Source: a virus (Duplodnaviria > Caudoviricetes). Taken from it: a stretch of 53,867 nt of DNA. The position numbers were made by a program, and so were the translations under genes. Each line of letters begins with the position of its first letter. The stretch's first letter is position 1. Below, piece by piece: positions 20,519 to 29,959 of the stretch. The stretch is from positions 1 through 53,867 of IMG/VR virus record IMGVR_UViG_3300032265_000458; one strand, given 5' to 3'. Under the pieces are notes generated by a model. It was not told where the DNA came from. It did not search any database and saw only the letters and a program-made list of their open reading frames with translations.

Positions 20519-21704
20519 GCAAATGCATATTAGTCATTCCTTTGGCGACCTAGCATTTCCAGTACGTAGAAGAAAAAAGAGCAAAGTCTCTAAAAGAACT
20601 TTGAAGCATTATACATGGGATGCCTCAGACAATATGTTTAATTTACCAAAATTGATGAAACCAAAAATGATTGATAACGCAAACCCAAATAGCAACCAAT
20701 TATATCAGCAAGATATGCCACAACAAGATCAAAAGATTTTTCTCGGTGTATCTGATATTGATGATCTAATTACAGCTGAACTTCTTAAGCGTCGTTTCGA
20801 TACTAATCAAAGAACTATTCATCGTGAAACCACAGTTCTTTGTAATCGTGAACAATGGGCAGATTGGGCAGAAGCAAGATTCCCAAATGATCTGTACATA
20901 CAAGGTAATTCTTCCAATGGTGTTATTATTGAAGCTGGTACAAACAACTTTAGTAAATTTGATGTGAATTCAAACTCAACTACTGTTCGTTCATTCGGTG
21001 ATACAGTTTATGCTGATTGCATGATTACTTTAATCGAAGCAAGTTTTGATATTGTGACTTCTCATATCGAATGGGTTTATGGTTCAGATGGCAACTCTGT
21101 TAATGTTCCACTGAATCGTGATCGTTTACCTGTTGATGAGATGTACCCATTCCTCAATGGTGAATTGTTAAACGATTACTACGAACGCTATATGGCATCT
21201 TCAGCAAATATTCTTTTGTTGATTGGTCCACCAGGAACTGGTAAGACTTCTTTTATCCGTGGTCTACTTGCGCATACAAACTCCTCAGCTATTGTTTCAT
21301 ATGACTCAGCTATTCTTGAGAAAGATGGTTTCTTTGCTCGCTTTATTGAGAGTGATGACAACGTGATGGTTCTTGAAGACAGTGATGCATTCTTAAAGTC
21401 ACGTAGTGATGGTAACACAATGATGCATCGATTCCTAAACGTGGGTGATGGTCTTGTTACAACTAAAGGTAAGAAGATGATTTTCTCCACAAACCTTCCA
21501 TCTATTCGTGACGTTGACTCAGCGTTAACTCGACCAGGAAGATGTTTTGATATCCTTACATTCAATCCATTGACTCAAGAACAAGCAGAGAAACTTGCCA
21601 AGAAACTTGGAGCAAACATTGGTGACCAGAAAGAATGGTCTGTTGCTGAGATTTTCAATAAACAAACTCACCGACCAAAGGAACGAAAGGTTGGATTCCT
21701 ATGA
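20487..21704 (+). CDS. AAA+ ATPase (classic clade); start uncertain
   Basis: GPPGTGKT, VMVLEDSD, STN...DSALTRPGR second region of homology, C-terminal VGF. Confidence 0.85.
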   Translation: MMSNPLQDFIKQMHISHSFGDLAFPVRRRKKSKVSKRTLKHYTWDASDNMFNLPKLMKPKMIDNANPNSNQLYQQDMPQQDQKIFLGVSDIDDLITAELLKRRFDTNQRTIHRETTVLCNREQWADWAEARFPNDLYIQGNSSNGVIIEAGTNNFSKFDVNSNSTTVRSFGDTVYADCMITLIEASFDIVTSHIEWVYGSDGNSVNVPLNRDRLPVDEMYPFLNGELLNDYYERYMASSANILLLIGPPGTGKTSFIRGLLAHTNSSAIVSYDSAILEKDGFFARFIESDDNVMVLEDSDAFLKSRSDGNTMMHRFLNVGDGLVTTKGKKMIFSTNLPSIRDVDSALTRPGRCFDILTFNPLTQEQAEKLAKKLGANIGDQKEWSVAEIFNKQTHRPKERKVGFL

Positions 21705-21871
21705 TTCGTGTAAGAGTAATTCTGGCAGAAGGGCAAATGCTAGAGGGTGAGTTTGAAGACTTTGATGCTCTTACCTTTTGGATTTTGAAGCAGTCTATTA
21801 ATATTAGAACCATGGAGATTGATGTTGAAAATAGCGATAATAACCGACCAGCATTTTGGTGCGAGGAATGA
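21701..21871 (+). CDS. Small hypothetical protein (56 aa, not in ORF track)
   Basis: ATGA overlap with the AAA stop; fills the gap to gp47. Confidence 0.4.
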   Translation: MIRVRVILAEGQMLEGEFEDFDALTFWILKQSINIRTMEIDVENSDNNRPAFWCEE

Positions 21872-22880
21872 TAGTCAAGCATTCTTAGACTTTCAAGAAA
21901 AATTTTATGATAATATTTTCTTTCCTACTTTGGACGATAATAACATTGAATGTGTTCTTGTCCTTGGTGATACTTTTGACAGACGAAAGTATGTAAACTT
22001 CTACGCACTTGATCGTGCAAAGACTATGTTCTTCAATAAACTTGAAGAGCGTGGTATAACTGTTCATATGCTGGCAGGTAACCACGATACTTATTTTAAA
22101 AATACAAATGAAGTTAACTCTCCTGACTTATTGTTGCGAGAGTATAATAACATAAATGTTATTGATAGCCCAACGAATATAACCATATCTGATACCGAGA
22201 TATGCATGATGCCTTGGATCTGTCCTGATAATTATGAAGACAGTATTAAAACAATGGCAGACTCTCAAGCTGAAATATGCATGGGGCATTTTGAAATAGC
22301 AGGGTTTGCAATGCACCGAGGAATGGAAAGTCATGAAGGATTGGGCAAGAACCTGTTTGAAAAATTTGATATGGTTTTTAGTGGGCATTACCATCATCGT
22401 AGCAGTGATAATCATATCTTTTATTTGGGCAATCCCTACGAACTCACATGGCAAGACTATAACGATCCCCGAGGATTCCACTTGTTCGATCTTGACACAA
22501 GAGGACTTGAGTTTATTCAGAATCATTATACAATGTTCAAACGGATCGAATACAACGACAAAGAAGTCGAGCCAATCAATTTAGATGAACTTGAATTAAA
22601 AGATACGTTTGTGAAGTTAGTTGTTGTCAATAAAACCGACTATTATAAATTTGACAAATTTACACAAAAGCTGTATAATAAAGGTTGTCATGAAATCAAA
22701 ATTATTGAAGACATGTCAGAGTTTGAAGATGGTGAGATCAGTGAAGAAATTAATCTTGAAGATACTATGAATGTTTTGTCAAATTATGTTGACTCTATTG
22801 AAACAGATGTTGATAAAGAAAAGGTAAAGACCTTTATGAAATCTCTTTATACGGAAGCAATTAACTTAGAGGTGGAATAA
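21822..22880 (+). CDS. gp47: Recombination endonuclease subunit (Mre11/SbcD-like)
   Basis: TDQHFG, LGDTFD, GNHD, GHFE, SGHYH. Confidence 0.96.
   Translation: MLKIAIITDQHFGARNDSQAFLDFQEKFYDNIFFPTLDDNNIECVLVLGDTFDRRKYVNFYALDRAKTMFFNKLEERGITVHMLAGNHDTYFKNTNEVNSPDLLLREYNNINVIDSPTNITISDTEICMMPWICPDNYEDSIKTMADSQAEICMGHFEIAGFAMHRGMESHEGLGKNLFEKFDMVFSGHYHHRSSDNHIFYLGNPYELTWQDYNDPRGFHLFDLDTRGLEFIQNHYTMFKRIEYNDKEVEPINLDELELKDTFVKLVVVNKTDYYKFDKFTQKLYNKGCHEIKIIEDMSEFEDGEISEEINLEDTMNVLSNYVDSIETDVDKEKVKTFMKSLYTEAINLEVE
22651..22679 (+). promoter_or_regulatory. Sigma70 promoter embedded in the gp47 3' end
   Basis: TTGACA-N17-TATAAT exact. Confidence 0.7.
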
Positions 22881-23197
22881 TGCAACAACTAGAGATTCAA
22901 TATTTCTTTCCATTAACAGAACAAGTTCCACTTGATTTAGATTTTAAACCTTGCGAAGAACACGCTAAAAAGTTACAAGAAGAACGATGGAAAAATTCTG
23001 TAACTATGACAGCAGGTATGGGATTGATGGTTGGTAATGGTGGAACTACTTGGACTACTATCTCGAATAACCTTGGATCACCATCCTTTACTATTAATGT
23101 AGATGCTATGCCTATTACTGTTATTTCTAAAAAGAAACCCAACTTTATAATGAGATTCATTTATAAGTCTATGGGTATGAAATGGAAGAGTGAATGA
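22880..23197 (+). CDS. Hypothetical protein
   Basis: TAATG/ATGA coupled between gp47 and gp46. Confidence 0.6.
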   Translation: MQQLEIQYFFPLTEQVPLDLDFKPCEEHAKKLQEERWKNSVTMTAGMGLMVGNGGTTWTTISNNLGSPSFTINVDAMPITVISKKKPNFIMRFIYKSMGMKWKSE

Positions 23198-24906
23198 TCG
23201 TATTTAAAAGTATAGAGTGGAAGAATTTTTTATCCACTGGAAACTCAGCAAATAAAGTATTACTAAACAAATCAGCAACTACTTTAATCATTGGTAAGAA
23301 TGGTGAAGGAAAGAGCACAATCTTAGATGCATTGTGCTTTTCATTGTTTGGGAAACCATTCCGTAGTATCAATAAGAATCAGTTGATTAACAGTATCAAT
23401 CAAAAGAATTGTTTAACTACTTTAGAGTTTTCTATAGGTTCGAAAGACTATAAAATAGTACGTGGAATAAAGCCGAATATATTTGAAATTTGGTTAGATG
23501 GTGTTATGCTCAATCAAGATGCAGCATCTCGTGATTATCAAAAGGTTCTTGAACAACAAATCCTTCGATTAAACTACAAGACCTTTACGCAGGTAGTTAT
23601 CCTCGGCTCAGCTTCCTTCGTACCTTTCATGCAGTTATCAACTAACCAACGTAGAGATGTTATTGAAGATATTCTTGATATTAGAATTTTCTCTACAATG
23701 AATCAACTCTTGAAGGAACACGCACAAGGGACTAAAGATGAAATTACCAGAATCGAATCTCAAATTAGTCAGGCTAAGACTCAAGTCGAAGCGCAGAATA
23801 CAATCATCAAAGCAATTACCGAAGCAAAAACAACTGCAATCGAAAACATCTTATCAAAAGTTTCTGCTAATACTAATGAAATTCTACAGGCAGAGAGCGA
23901 GATCGAATCTATCCTTTCGCAGATCAATACTCTTAAAGCAAGCATCGATGACAAAGACACTATATCTGAAGACATTGACAAAGCCAAGTCCCTCAAGTCC
24001 AAATTGCTCCAGAAGATCGAAACTTGCGAGCACCACACAGAGTTTTTTAGCGAACACGATGTTTGTCCATCGTGTAACCAAGATATCGCAGAGGAATACA
24101 AAGAGAACATTATCAAAGATCTTAATTCGAAAATGTTGGATAACAACTCAAAGATTGAAGAACTCGAATCCGTACTCACAAATCTCAATGCGTCGCTATC
24201 GCAAATTAACAAAGTGGTTGGGCAAATTACCGACAAGAACATTGAGTTATCTACAAGGAACTCTACTGTCACCTTACTCAACAAACAAATCCGTGAACTT
24301 GAAGCTGAGACCAAAAGGGTTGAATCTGACACAACTAACATCGATGAAGAGAAGACTAAGTTAAAATCGTTGGCAGAAAATGCTTTACAGAAATTAACTG
24401 ATAAAGCTGAACTTCATAAAACAAAACAGTTGGAAGAAGTGGCTGCAGTTCTTTTAAAAGATACAGGAATCAAAACTGCTATTATCAAAGAGTATCTTCC
24501 TGCCATGAACAAGTTGATCAACAAGTATCTTAACGCAATGGATACTTACATCCACTTTGAACTTGATGAAGCATTCAATGAAAAGATTCGTTCTCGTTTC
24601 CGTGATGAGTTTACCTACGCAAGTTTCTCTGAAGGTGAGAAGATGCGTATTGATTTGGCAATTCTCTTTACATGGCGCTCTATTGCAAAGATGAAAAACT
24701 CTGTCAATACTAATCTACTTTTACTTGATGAGATTTTTGATTCATCACTAGACACAGCTGGAACTGATTACTTCCTTAGTCTGATGAATACCTTGGGCGA
24801 TAAATCCAACATCTTTGTTATCTCGCACAAAGGCGACCAACTATTTGATAAGTTTAGGTCGGTTGTAAAATTCGAGAAGAGAAACGACTTCTCTGTAATC
24901 GTCTAA
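23194..24906 (+). CDS. gp46: Recombination ATPase subunit (Rad50/SbcC-like)
   Basis: GKNGEGKST, CPSC zinc hook, FSEGEKMRID, LLLDE, ISH. Confidence 0.97.
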   Translation: MIVFKSIEWKNFLSTGNSANKVLLNKSATTLIIGKNGEGKSTILDALCFSLFGKPFRSINKNQLINSINQKNCLTTLEFSIGSKDYKIVRGIKPNIFEIWLDGVMLNQDAASRDYQKVLEQQILRLNYKTFTQVVILGSASFVPFMQLSTNQRRDVIEDILDIRIFSTMNQLLKEHAQGTKDEITRIESQISQAKTQVEAQNTIIKAITEAKTTAIENILSKVSANTNEILQAESEIESILSQINTLKASIDDKDTISEDIDKAKSLKSKLLQKIETCEHHTEFFSEHDVCPSCNQDIAEEYKENIIKDLNSKMLDNNSKIEELESVLTNLNASLSQINKVVGQITDKNIELSTRNSTVTLLNKQIRELEAETKRVESDTTNIDEEKTKLKSLAENALQKLTDKAELHKTKQLEEVAAVLLKDTGIKTAIIKEYLPAMNKLINKYLNAMDTYIHFELDEAFNEKIRSRFRDEFTYASFSEGEKMRIDLAILFTWRSIAKMKNSVNTNLLLLDEIFDSSLDTAGTDYFLSLMNTLGDKSNIFVISHKGDQLFDKFRSVVKFEKRNDFSVIV

Positions 24907-24973
24907 TAGGTAAAGTGATACCAAACCTCCTAAAGTGATAACCTATTGTTTTAGGGGTTATTTTCTCCATTAG

Positions 24974-24986
24974 AATCAACGAGTTA
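24974..24986 (+). promoter_or_regulatory. IHF-binding consensus site
   Basis: AATCAACGAGTTA matches WATCAANNNNTTR exactly, 8 bp upstream of a -35 box. Confidence 0.55.
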
Positions 24987-24994
24987 CAAACCCC

Positions 24995-25023
24995 TTTACA
25001 AATAATCAGAACTCCTGTATAAT
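24995..25023 (+). promoter_or_regulatory. Early promoter
   Basis: TTTACA-N17-TATAAT. Confidence 0.8.
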
Positions 25024-25049
25024 AGTTTTATTGAATAGGAGAATTGCTT

Positions 25050-25235
25050 ATGTGGGATGATTTTAATGACTTTGAGTTGGCTCAGCTGGCAGGTCAATAT
25101 GGTATTGAAGACTCTCTGATCTTTGCAGGAGACCTTTCGTTGTTAAATCGCAACGAAATTGAGAGTCTGTTGACTCAAATCGAGTACGATGATGCTTTTT
25201 TACTTGACAATAAATCAGAACCAGCGTATAATTGA
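25050..25235 (+). CDS. Small acidic hypothetical protein
   Basis: AGGAG SD then ATG at 25050. Confidence 0.6.
   Translation: MWDDFNDFELAQLAGQYGIEDSLIFAGDLSLLNRNEIESLLTQIEYDDAFLLDNKSEPAYN
25204..25232 (+). promoter_or_regulatory. Sigma70 promoter for the vWA-peptidase gene
   Basis: TTGACA-N17-TATAAT exact. Confidence 0.8.
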
Positions 25236-25258
25236 GTCTTGAGAATAGGAAATATATA

Positions 25259-27451
25259 ATGAAAATGAACTTGAGAACTAATGCAGTCGATCTGTCAGCC
25301 AAGTTGCTGGCTACCGAAAACCTTAGTGTGCGTCGTGCAAGAACACGTACCGCATCCTTTGATATCAAATCCCGTGTACTAACCATTCCTATGTGGAAAG
25401 AAATGACTCCTGAAATTGAGGGGATGTTGGTTGGTCACGAAGTGGGTCATGCTTTGTATACTGGTGATGAGTATACAGTTCCTATCCGTGAAAATCCAAA
25501 AATGATGTCGTACCTCAACGTGCTTGAGGATGTACGCATCGAGAAACTCCTTAAACGTAAATATCCTGGTATCCGTAAAACGATGCTCGAGGGTTATCGT
25601 CAACTTAATGAACGTGACTTCTTTGGTGTTGCAAACTCACACCTAAGAACCATGAACCTAATTGATCGTATCAATTTATATTTCAAAGCAGGATTTTCTT
25701 GTGGTGTAACATTCACCTCTGAAGAAAAACCCTTTGTTGTTCGTGCTGAGAAAACCGAACTTATTGAAGATGTAATTCAGTTGGCTCATGATATCTACGG
25801 ATACTCAATGGAGCAAGCACGTAAACGTATTGAGATGATGGGTGATGAAGAAGAAATAGAAGATGAAGTTGACGAAAACGATCCTGACGACAATTATGAA
25901 TACGAAGATTCTGATGACCTAGATGATGAAGATGACGATGGTGATTTTGATGATCGCACTGAAGACGAGAAAGCTGAAGATCAAAACAGTGACATCGAAA
26001 ATGGTAAGCCACCTAGTTCTGGACCAAAACAAAATCCTGAAGAAAAGAAACAAGAACAAATTGACAAAGAGTTGGAATCAATAACCGACAAGACTCTTGA
26101 AGAAAATCTTGCGCAACTTGCCGATGATTCTACTGAGTACATGTATCATACTCTTGATTCAAGATTTATGATTGATCCTATTGTTCCTTACAAAACAATT
26201 TTATCTGACGTAGCTGAGAATTATGTACGTTGTGAACTTCCAGTTAAACCGATTGACTCATTTAACAGCGATGCAAGTCGTATTGTGAGTTATCTCAATA
26301 AAGAATTTGAGATGAAGAAGTCTGCCACGATGTATAAACGTGCCACTACTTCAAAGATCGGTTCTTTGGATATGAAGAAAGTTTGGTCTTACAAGTTAAA
26401 TAATGACTTGTTCAAACGAGTTACATCTTTCCCACAAGGTAAGAATCACGGTATGGTTATGCTTGTTGATTGGTCAGGTTCAATGGACATGTCTTTGGAA
26501 GATACCGTAAAACAGTTTATTACTTTGGCTATGTTCTGCCGTCGTGCTCAAATTCCTTATCGTGTATTTTTGTTTAGCAGTCAATATGATATCGGATTGA
26601 CCACAATGGATATGCGTGAAAAAATGAATTTGCGTTATAGGGAATTGGCTGATACCAGTACGCTGAATAACTGTATGACTAATATGGCTTTGTTGGAAGT
26701 GTTTCATGATAAAATGACAAACATGGAATTCAATAATATGTGCAAGTATTTGATTGACATTAACATGTTCAGACATTCCAAGCATGGTGAATATCACACT
26801 GGTGGGACACCACTTAATGAAGCACTATCATATATGGTTGAGTTTATTCCAAAATTCAAGAAGCAATATAACATTGAAAAAATGTCCTTTATTACTTTAA
26901 CCGATGGTGAGGGTGGTGCATTATATCCAACTGCTCATTATGGTATGGAAGATACAAGACGTGAAGACTGTCCTACTCCTGAAGCACCTCATGCATCACG
27001 TAGGATTAATCTAAAACACTTTTTACAAGATCCTATTACAAAGAAAGCGTATCCTATTCAACGCAATGGCTCTGTGCAAACTAATGCTATTTTGCAAATG
27101 ATTAAAGATCGTTATCAAGTAAACACTGTTGGGTTTTATATTGTGCCAAATACACGTCGTTACTTATCCAGTGCAGTTAGATCAAATCTGCCATTATTTA
27201 CAGGTAGCGATTATGCTATGATTGAAGAATGGCGTAAAGAGTTTCGTGCAAATGGGTTTGCATCGGTCAAGAATGCTGGTCGTGATGACTTGTTTATCAT
27301 ACCGCAGAATCGTATGACTATTGCAGACGAAGAATTGGAGATCGCTCAGAAGCAAACTGCAAAGCAGATTGCAAAGACGTTTACCAAGCATATGACTGGA
27401 AAGAAGACCAGCCGAGTCCTCCTAAACCAGTTCATAGGGATCGTTGCGTAA
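25259..27451 (+). CDS. HEXXH metallopeptidase-like + vWA domain protein (CobT-like partner of the CobS-like ATPase)
   Basis: GHEVGHAL, NVLEDVRIE, acidic linker, MIDAS DWSGSM, GGTPLNE, LTDGEG. Confidence 0.85.
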   Translation: MKMNLRTNAVDLSAKLLATENLSVRRARTRTASFDIKSRVLTIPMWKEMTPEIEGMLVGHEVGHALYTGDEYTVPIRENPKMMSYLNVLEDVRIEKLLKRKYPGIRKTMLEGYRQLNERDFFGVANSHLRTMNLIDRINLYFKAGFSCGVTFTSEEKPFVVRAEKTELIEDVIQLAHDIYGYSMEQARKRIEMMGDEEEIEDEVDENDPDDNYEYEDSDDLDDEDDDGDFDDRTEDEKAEDQNSDIENGKPPSSGPKQNPEEKKQEQIDKELESITDKTLEENLAQLADDSTEYMYHTLDSRFMIDPIVPYKTILSDVAENYVRCELPVKPIDSFNSDASRIVSYLNKEFEMKKSATMYKRATTSKIGSLDMKKVWSYKLNNDLFKRVTSFPQGKNHGMVMLVDWSGSMDMSLEDTVKQFITLAMFCRRAQIPYRVFLFSSQYDIGLTTMDMREKMNLRYRELADTSTLNNCMTNMALLEVFHDKMTNMEFNNMCKYLIDINMFRHSKHGEYHTGGTPLNEALSYMVEFIPKFKKQYNIEKMSFITLTDGEGGALYPTAHYGMEDTRREDCPTPEAPHASRRINLKHFLQDPITKKAYPIQRNGSVQTNAILQMIKDRYQVNTVGFYIVPNTRRYLSSAVRSNLPLFTGSDYAMIEEWRKEFRANGFASVKNAGRDDLFIIPQNRMTIADEELEIAQKQTAKQIAKTFTKHMTGKKTSRVLLNQFIGIVA

Positions 27452-27503
27452 TTGCAACGACTTGAAGAAAGTGCTTTACAATAATTCAGCTTTAGGGTAT
27501 AAT
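27441..27503 (+). promoter_or_regulatory. TCGTTG-N8-CAACGA palindrome plus early promoter
   Basis: Palindrome 27441-27460; TTTACA (27475)-N17-TATAAT (27498). Confidence 0.75.
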
Positions 27504-27559
27504 AGTTATTGTAGAGTGGTGATTCGTTATTTTTATTATGAAAGAAAGTGAGATTTTAG

Positions 27560-28732
27560 ATGGCTAAGATTACAGAAGAACAGAAACAGGTTTTTGAAGG
27601 TAAACTCTTCACGATGTTTCCAGATGCAAAAACTAAAGGTGAAGTAACACGTGCGCAGTTGCTTGAGGTACGTGAGAAACATAAAATTGATTATCACCCA
27701 TTGTGGCTGATGAAGACACCTATCGGTCGTGGTTTATACGCACTTGATGGTGGCAAGGCTCAAACAGTGGTAGTAGGAAATACTGTCCGTAAAGTAGAAC
27801 AGAAACAAATGGAATCATTTACCGTAGACTATTCAAATACAAAATCATTGATCCCTCAGAAAGATCCTAACTTTGTTCCATTTGGTAACTACACCGATCT
27901 AGACAGCATTATCAAAGCAGGTATTTTTTACCCTGCATATGTCAGTGGACCGACAGGTAATGGCAAGTCTACTATGATTGAACAGATTTTTGCCAAACAC
28001 AAACGTCCACTAATTCGTGTTAACCTTAACATGATGACTGACGAAGAACAACTTATCGGCTCCAAAACATTGGCAGATGGTAACGTAGAAATTATTGAAG
28101 GACCAGTTCTTATCGCTATGCGTACTGGCTGTGGTTTGTTGCTTGACGAGATTGACGCTGGTGCTGCAAATACTTTGCTTTGCTTGCAACCAATTCTTGA
28201 GGGTAAACCTTATTACTTCAAACTCAAGAACGAAGTTATTATTCCCAAAGAAGGATTTAATATCTTTGCAACTGCAAACACTAAAGGTAAGGGTAGCGAT
28301 GATGGTCGTTACATTGGTACCAACGTACTCAACGAAGCATTCTTGGAGCGATTCGCTGTTACGTTTGAGCAAGATTATCCAAACGCTAAGATTGAGAATA
28401 AGATTATTCAGAACCTAATGCAAACATACAACTGTTTAAATGTTGAGTTTGCAGATAACCTTGTGAGGTGGGCTGAAGCAATTCGTCGCACCTTCGAGGA
28501 TGGTGGTGTGGACGAGACGATTACAACACGTCGTATGATCCATATCGTTCGGGCATTTGCAATCTTCAAGGAAGAGAAGAAAGCTGTGGAACTTTGCTGT
28601 AATCGTTTCGACATTGCAACTAAGACTGCATTCTTAGACCTCTTTGAGAAAGTCTGCAATCCTGCTCCTGAAGTTGTTGTAGCTGAGGAACCACCTATTG
28701 CAAACCCTGCAACAGATGAAGTTCCATTTTAA
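27560..28732 (+). CDS. cobS: MoxR/CobS-like AAA+ ATPase
   Basis: GPTGNGKS, LLLDEID, ATANTKGKGSDDGRYIGTNVLNEAFLERF, ITTRR. Confidence 0.92.
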   Translation: MAKITEEQKQVFEGKLFTMFPDAKTKGEVTRAQLLEVREKHKIDYHPLWLMKTPIGRGLYALDGGKAQTVVVGNTVRKVEQKQMESFTVDYSNTKSLIPQKDPNFVPFGNYTDLDSIIKAGIFYPAYVSGPTGNGKSTMIEQIFAKHKRPLIRVNLNMMTDEEQLIGSKTLADGNVEIIEGPVLIAMRTGCGLLLDEIDAGAANTLLCLQPILEGKPYYFKLKNEVIIPKEGFNIFATANTKGKGSDDGRYIGTNVLNEAFLERFAVTFEQDYPNAKIENKIIQNLMQTYNCLNVEFADNLVRWAEAIRRTFEDGGVDETITTRRMIHIVRAFAIFKEEKKAVELCCNRFDIATKTAFLDLFEKVCNPAPEVVVAEEPPIANPATDEVPF

Positions 28733-28733
28733 T

Positions 28734-28762
28734 TTGACATTTAACCAAAACTGTAGTATAAT
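28734..28762 (+). promoter_or_regulatory. Sigma70 promoter
   Basis: TTGACA-N17-TATAAT exact. Confidence 0.85.
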
Positions 28763-28792
28763 ACTATTATTGACTTGAAAGAGAAACTTATT

Positions 28793-29230
28793 ATGAAAAC
28801 CCAAAACACTGTAACAGTGAAAGCATTTGCTGATTTATCCAAAGCCCAGAAAGCATTCTGTGTCCGTATCCTCGATGTATGCCCTGAGTATGCATCTGAA
28901 GCGAACTTGACTTGGAAGCAACTGTTGGCTGGATACTTTATGTTGAAAGAACAACGTAGCACTACTAATGAGAAACTTGGTTTCCCAATGTGGCTACAGA
29001 AAACCCAGATCGTTGGACGTGGCACATATCAAATGCCATGGCCATCGGCAGAAGAACTTGCTGTGTATCATGCACAGAAGTCCACTCCTGTCGTAAAAGT
29101 TGCTAAGGTTAAACAACCTAAAGCAAAAGTATCGGCTCGTCTGCAAAAGATTGTTGATCAATCCCCTGTGCATGACGCTGATGTGGAAGACTTTAATGCC
29201 ATCTTGAAAGAGAACGGTATTACTGTCTGA
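28793..29230 (+). CDS. Hypothetical protein
   Basis: ORF behind an early promoter; PMWL...GRGTY resembles the CobS N-terminal PLWL...GRGLY. Confidence 0.65.
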   Translation: MKTQNTVTVKAFADLSKAQKAFCVRILDVCPEYASEANLTWKQLLAGYFMLKEQRSTTNEKLGFPMWLQKTQIVGRGTYQMPWPSAEELAVYHAQKSTPVVKVAKVKQPKAKVSARLQKIVDQSPVHDADVEDFNAILKENGITV

Positions 29231-29236
29231 CTTTGT

Positions 29237-29273
29237 GGGAGGATGGCTTTGCCATCGCTATCCTCCCTTTTTT
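29237..29273 (+). terminator. Rho-independent terminator
   Basis: GGGAGGATGGC...GCTATCCTCCC then T6. Confidence 0.8.
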
Positions 29274-29303
29274 AATGATGGTATATTATGGAGTTATTAC
29301 AAC

Positions 29304-29564
29304 ATGTCTAAACAAGACCTTCTATTGAAGCACCTACAAGCTGGTAAAGCATTTACAGCAAAGCAGATCTCTGCATCTTTTGGTATTGCACAACCTGCAA
29401 GCACCATCCGTAACTTGCGTGAGCAAGGCTACTGTGTTTACTCAAACACCACAACTTTGTCCACTGGTAAAGTTGCAACTAAGTATCGCATCGGTAAACC
29501 TAGCAAGCGTATGCTGGCTATCGCTTACAGCGTTGCTGGTACTGACGTATTTGTACGTGCTTAA
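29304..29564 (+). CDS. Winged-helix DNA-binding protein
   Basis: FTAKQISASFGIAQPASTIRNLREQGYCVY; start reassigned to the ATG after GGAG. Confidence 0.7.
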   Translation: MSKQDLLLKHLQAGKAFTAKQISASFGIAQPASTIRNLREQGYCVYSNTTTLSTGKVATKYRIGKPSKRMLAIAYSVAGTDVFVRA

Positions 29565-29572
29565 TTGAGTTC

Positions 29573-29609
29573 ACATCTGGATATTCTTAGCAGTATCCAG
29601 ATGTTTTTT
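29573..29609 (+). terminator. Rho-independent terminator
   Basis: ACATCTGGATAT...GTATCCAGATGT then T-run. Confidence 0.75.
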
Positions 29610-29623
29610 ATTATGGAGATTTG

Positions 29624-29959
29624 ATGGCATCGAAAGACGCAGTTAAAAAGTCCCAAACAGCTACGACTGGTGGGCGAAAATTTGATGGTAACAAACTTCA
29701 ATATGGTTTGTTACCTCCACTTGCTTTAAAAGCAACTGTGGAAATTCTGACATTTGGTGCGGAGAAATACGAACCAGATAATTGGAAGTTTGTTCCTGAC
29801 TCAAAACGCAGATACTTTGACGCAATGCAAAGACATCTTTGGGCATGGAAAGAGGGAGAGCAAAACGATCCCGAAACTGATAAGAATCACTTGGCACATG
29901 CAATGTGTTGCCTAATGTTTCTGTATGAACATGATGTTAAATATAGTTTGGAGAAATAA
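29624..29959 (+). CDS. dATP/dGTP diphosphohydrolase domain protein (DUF5664-like)
   Basis: GRKFDGNK..YGLLP, FGAEKY..DNW, AMQRHL.AW..GE..DPET..HLAHA..CL.FL. Confidence 0.8.
   Translation: MASKDAVKKSQTATTGGRKFDGNKLQYGLLPPLALKATVEILTFGAEKYEPDNWKFVPDSKRRYFDAMQRHLWAWKEGEQNDPETDKNHLAHAMCCLMFLYEHDVKYSLEK

Noticed and set aside
22880-22945. QQLEIQYFF / QVPLDLDF as host beta-clamp motifs
   Set aside because: Only a partial match to QL[SD]LF, with no other support
27560-28732. cobS as a cobalamin-biosynthesis auxiliary metabolic gene
   Set aside because: It is the MoxR-type AAA/vWA pair common in aquatic T4-like phages; no cobN or other cob genes present
29624-29959. 2-aminoadenine (Z) genome system
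   Set aside because: No PurZ or DatZ-like gene recognisable in the window
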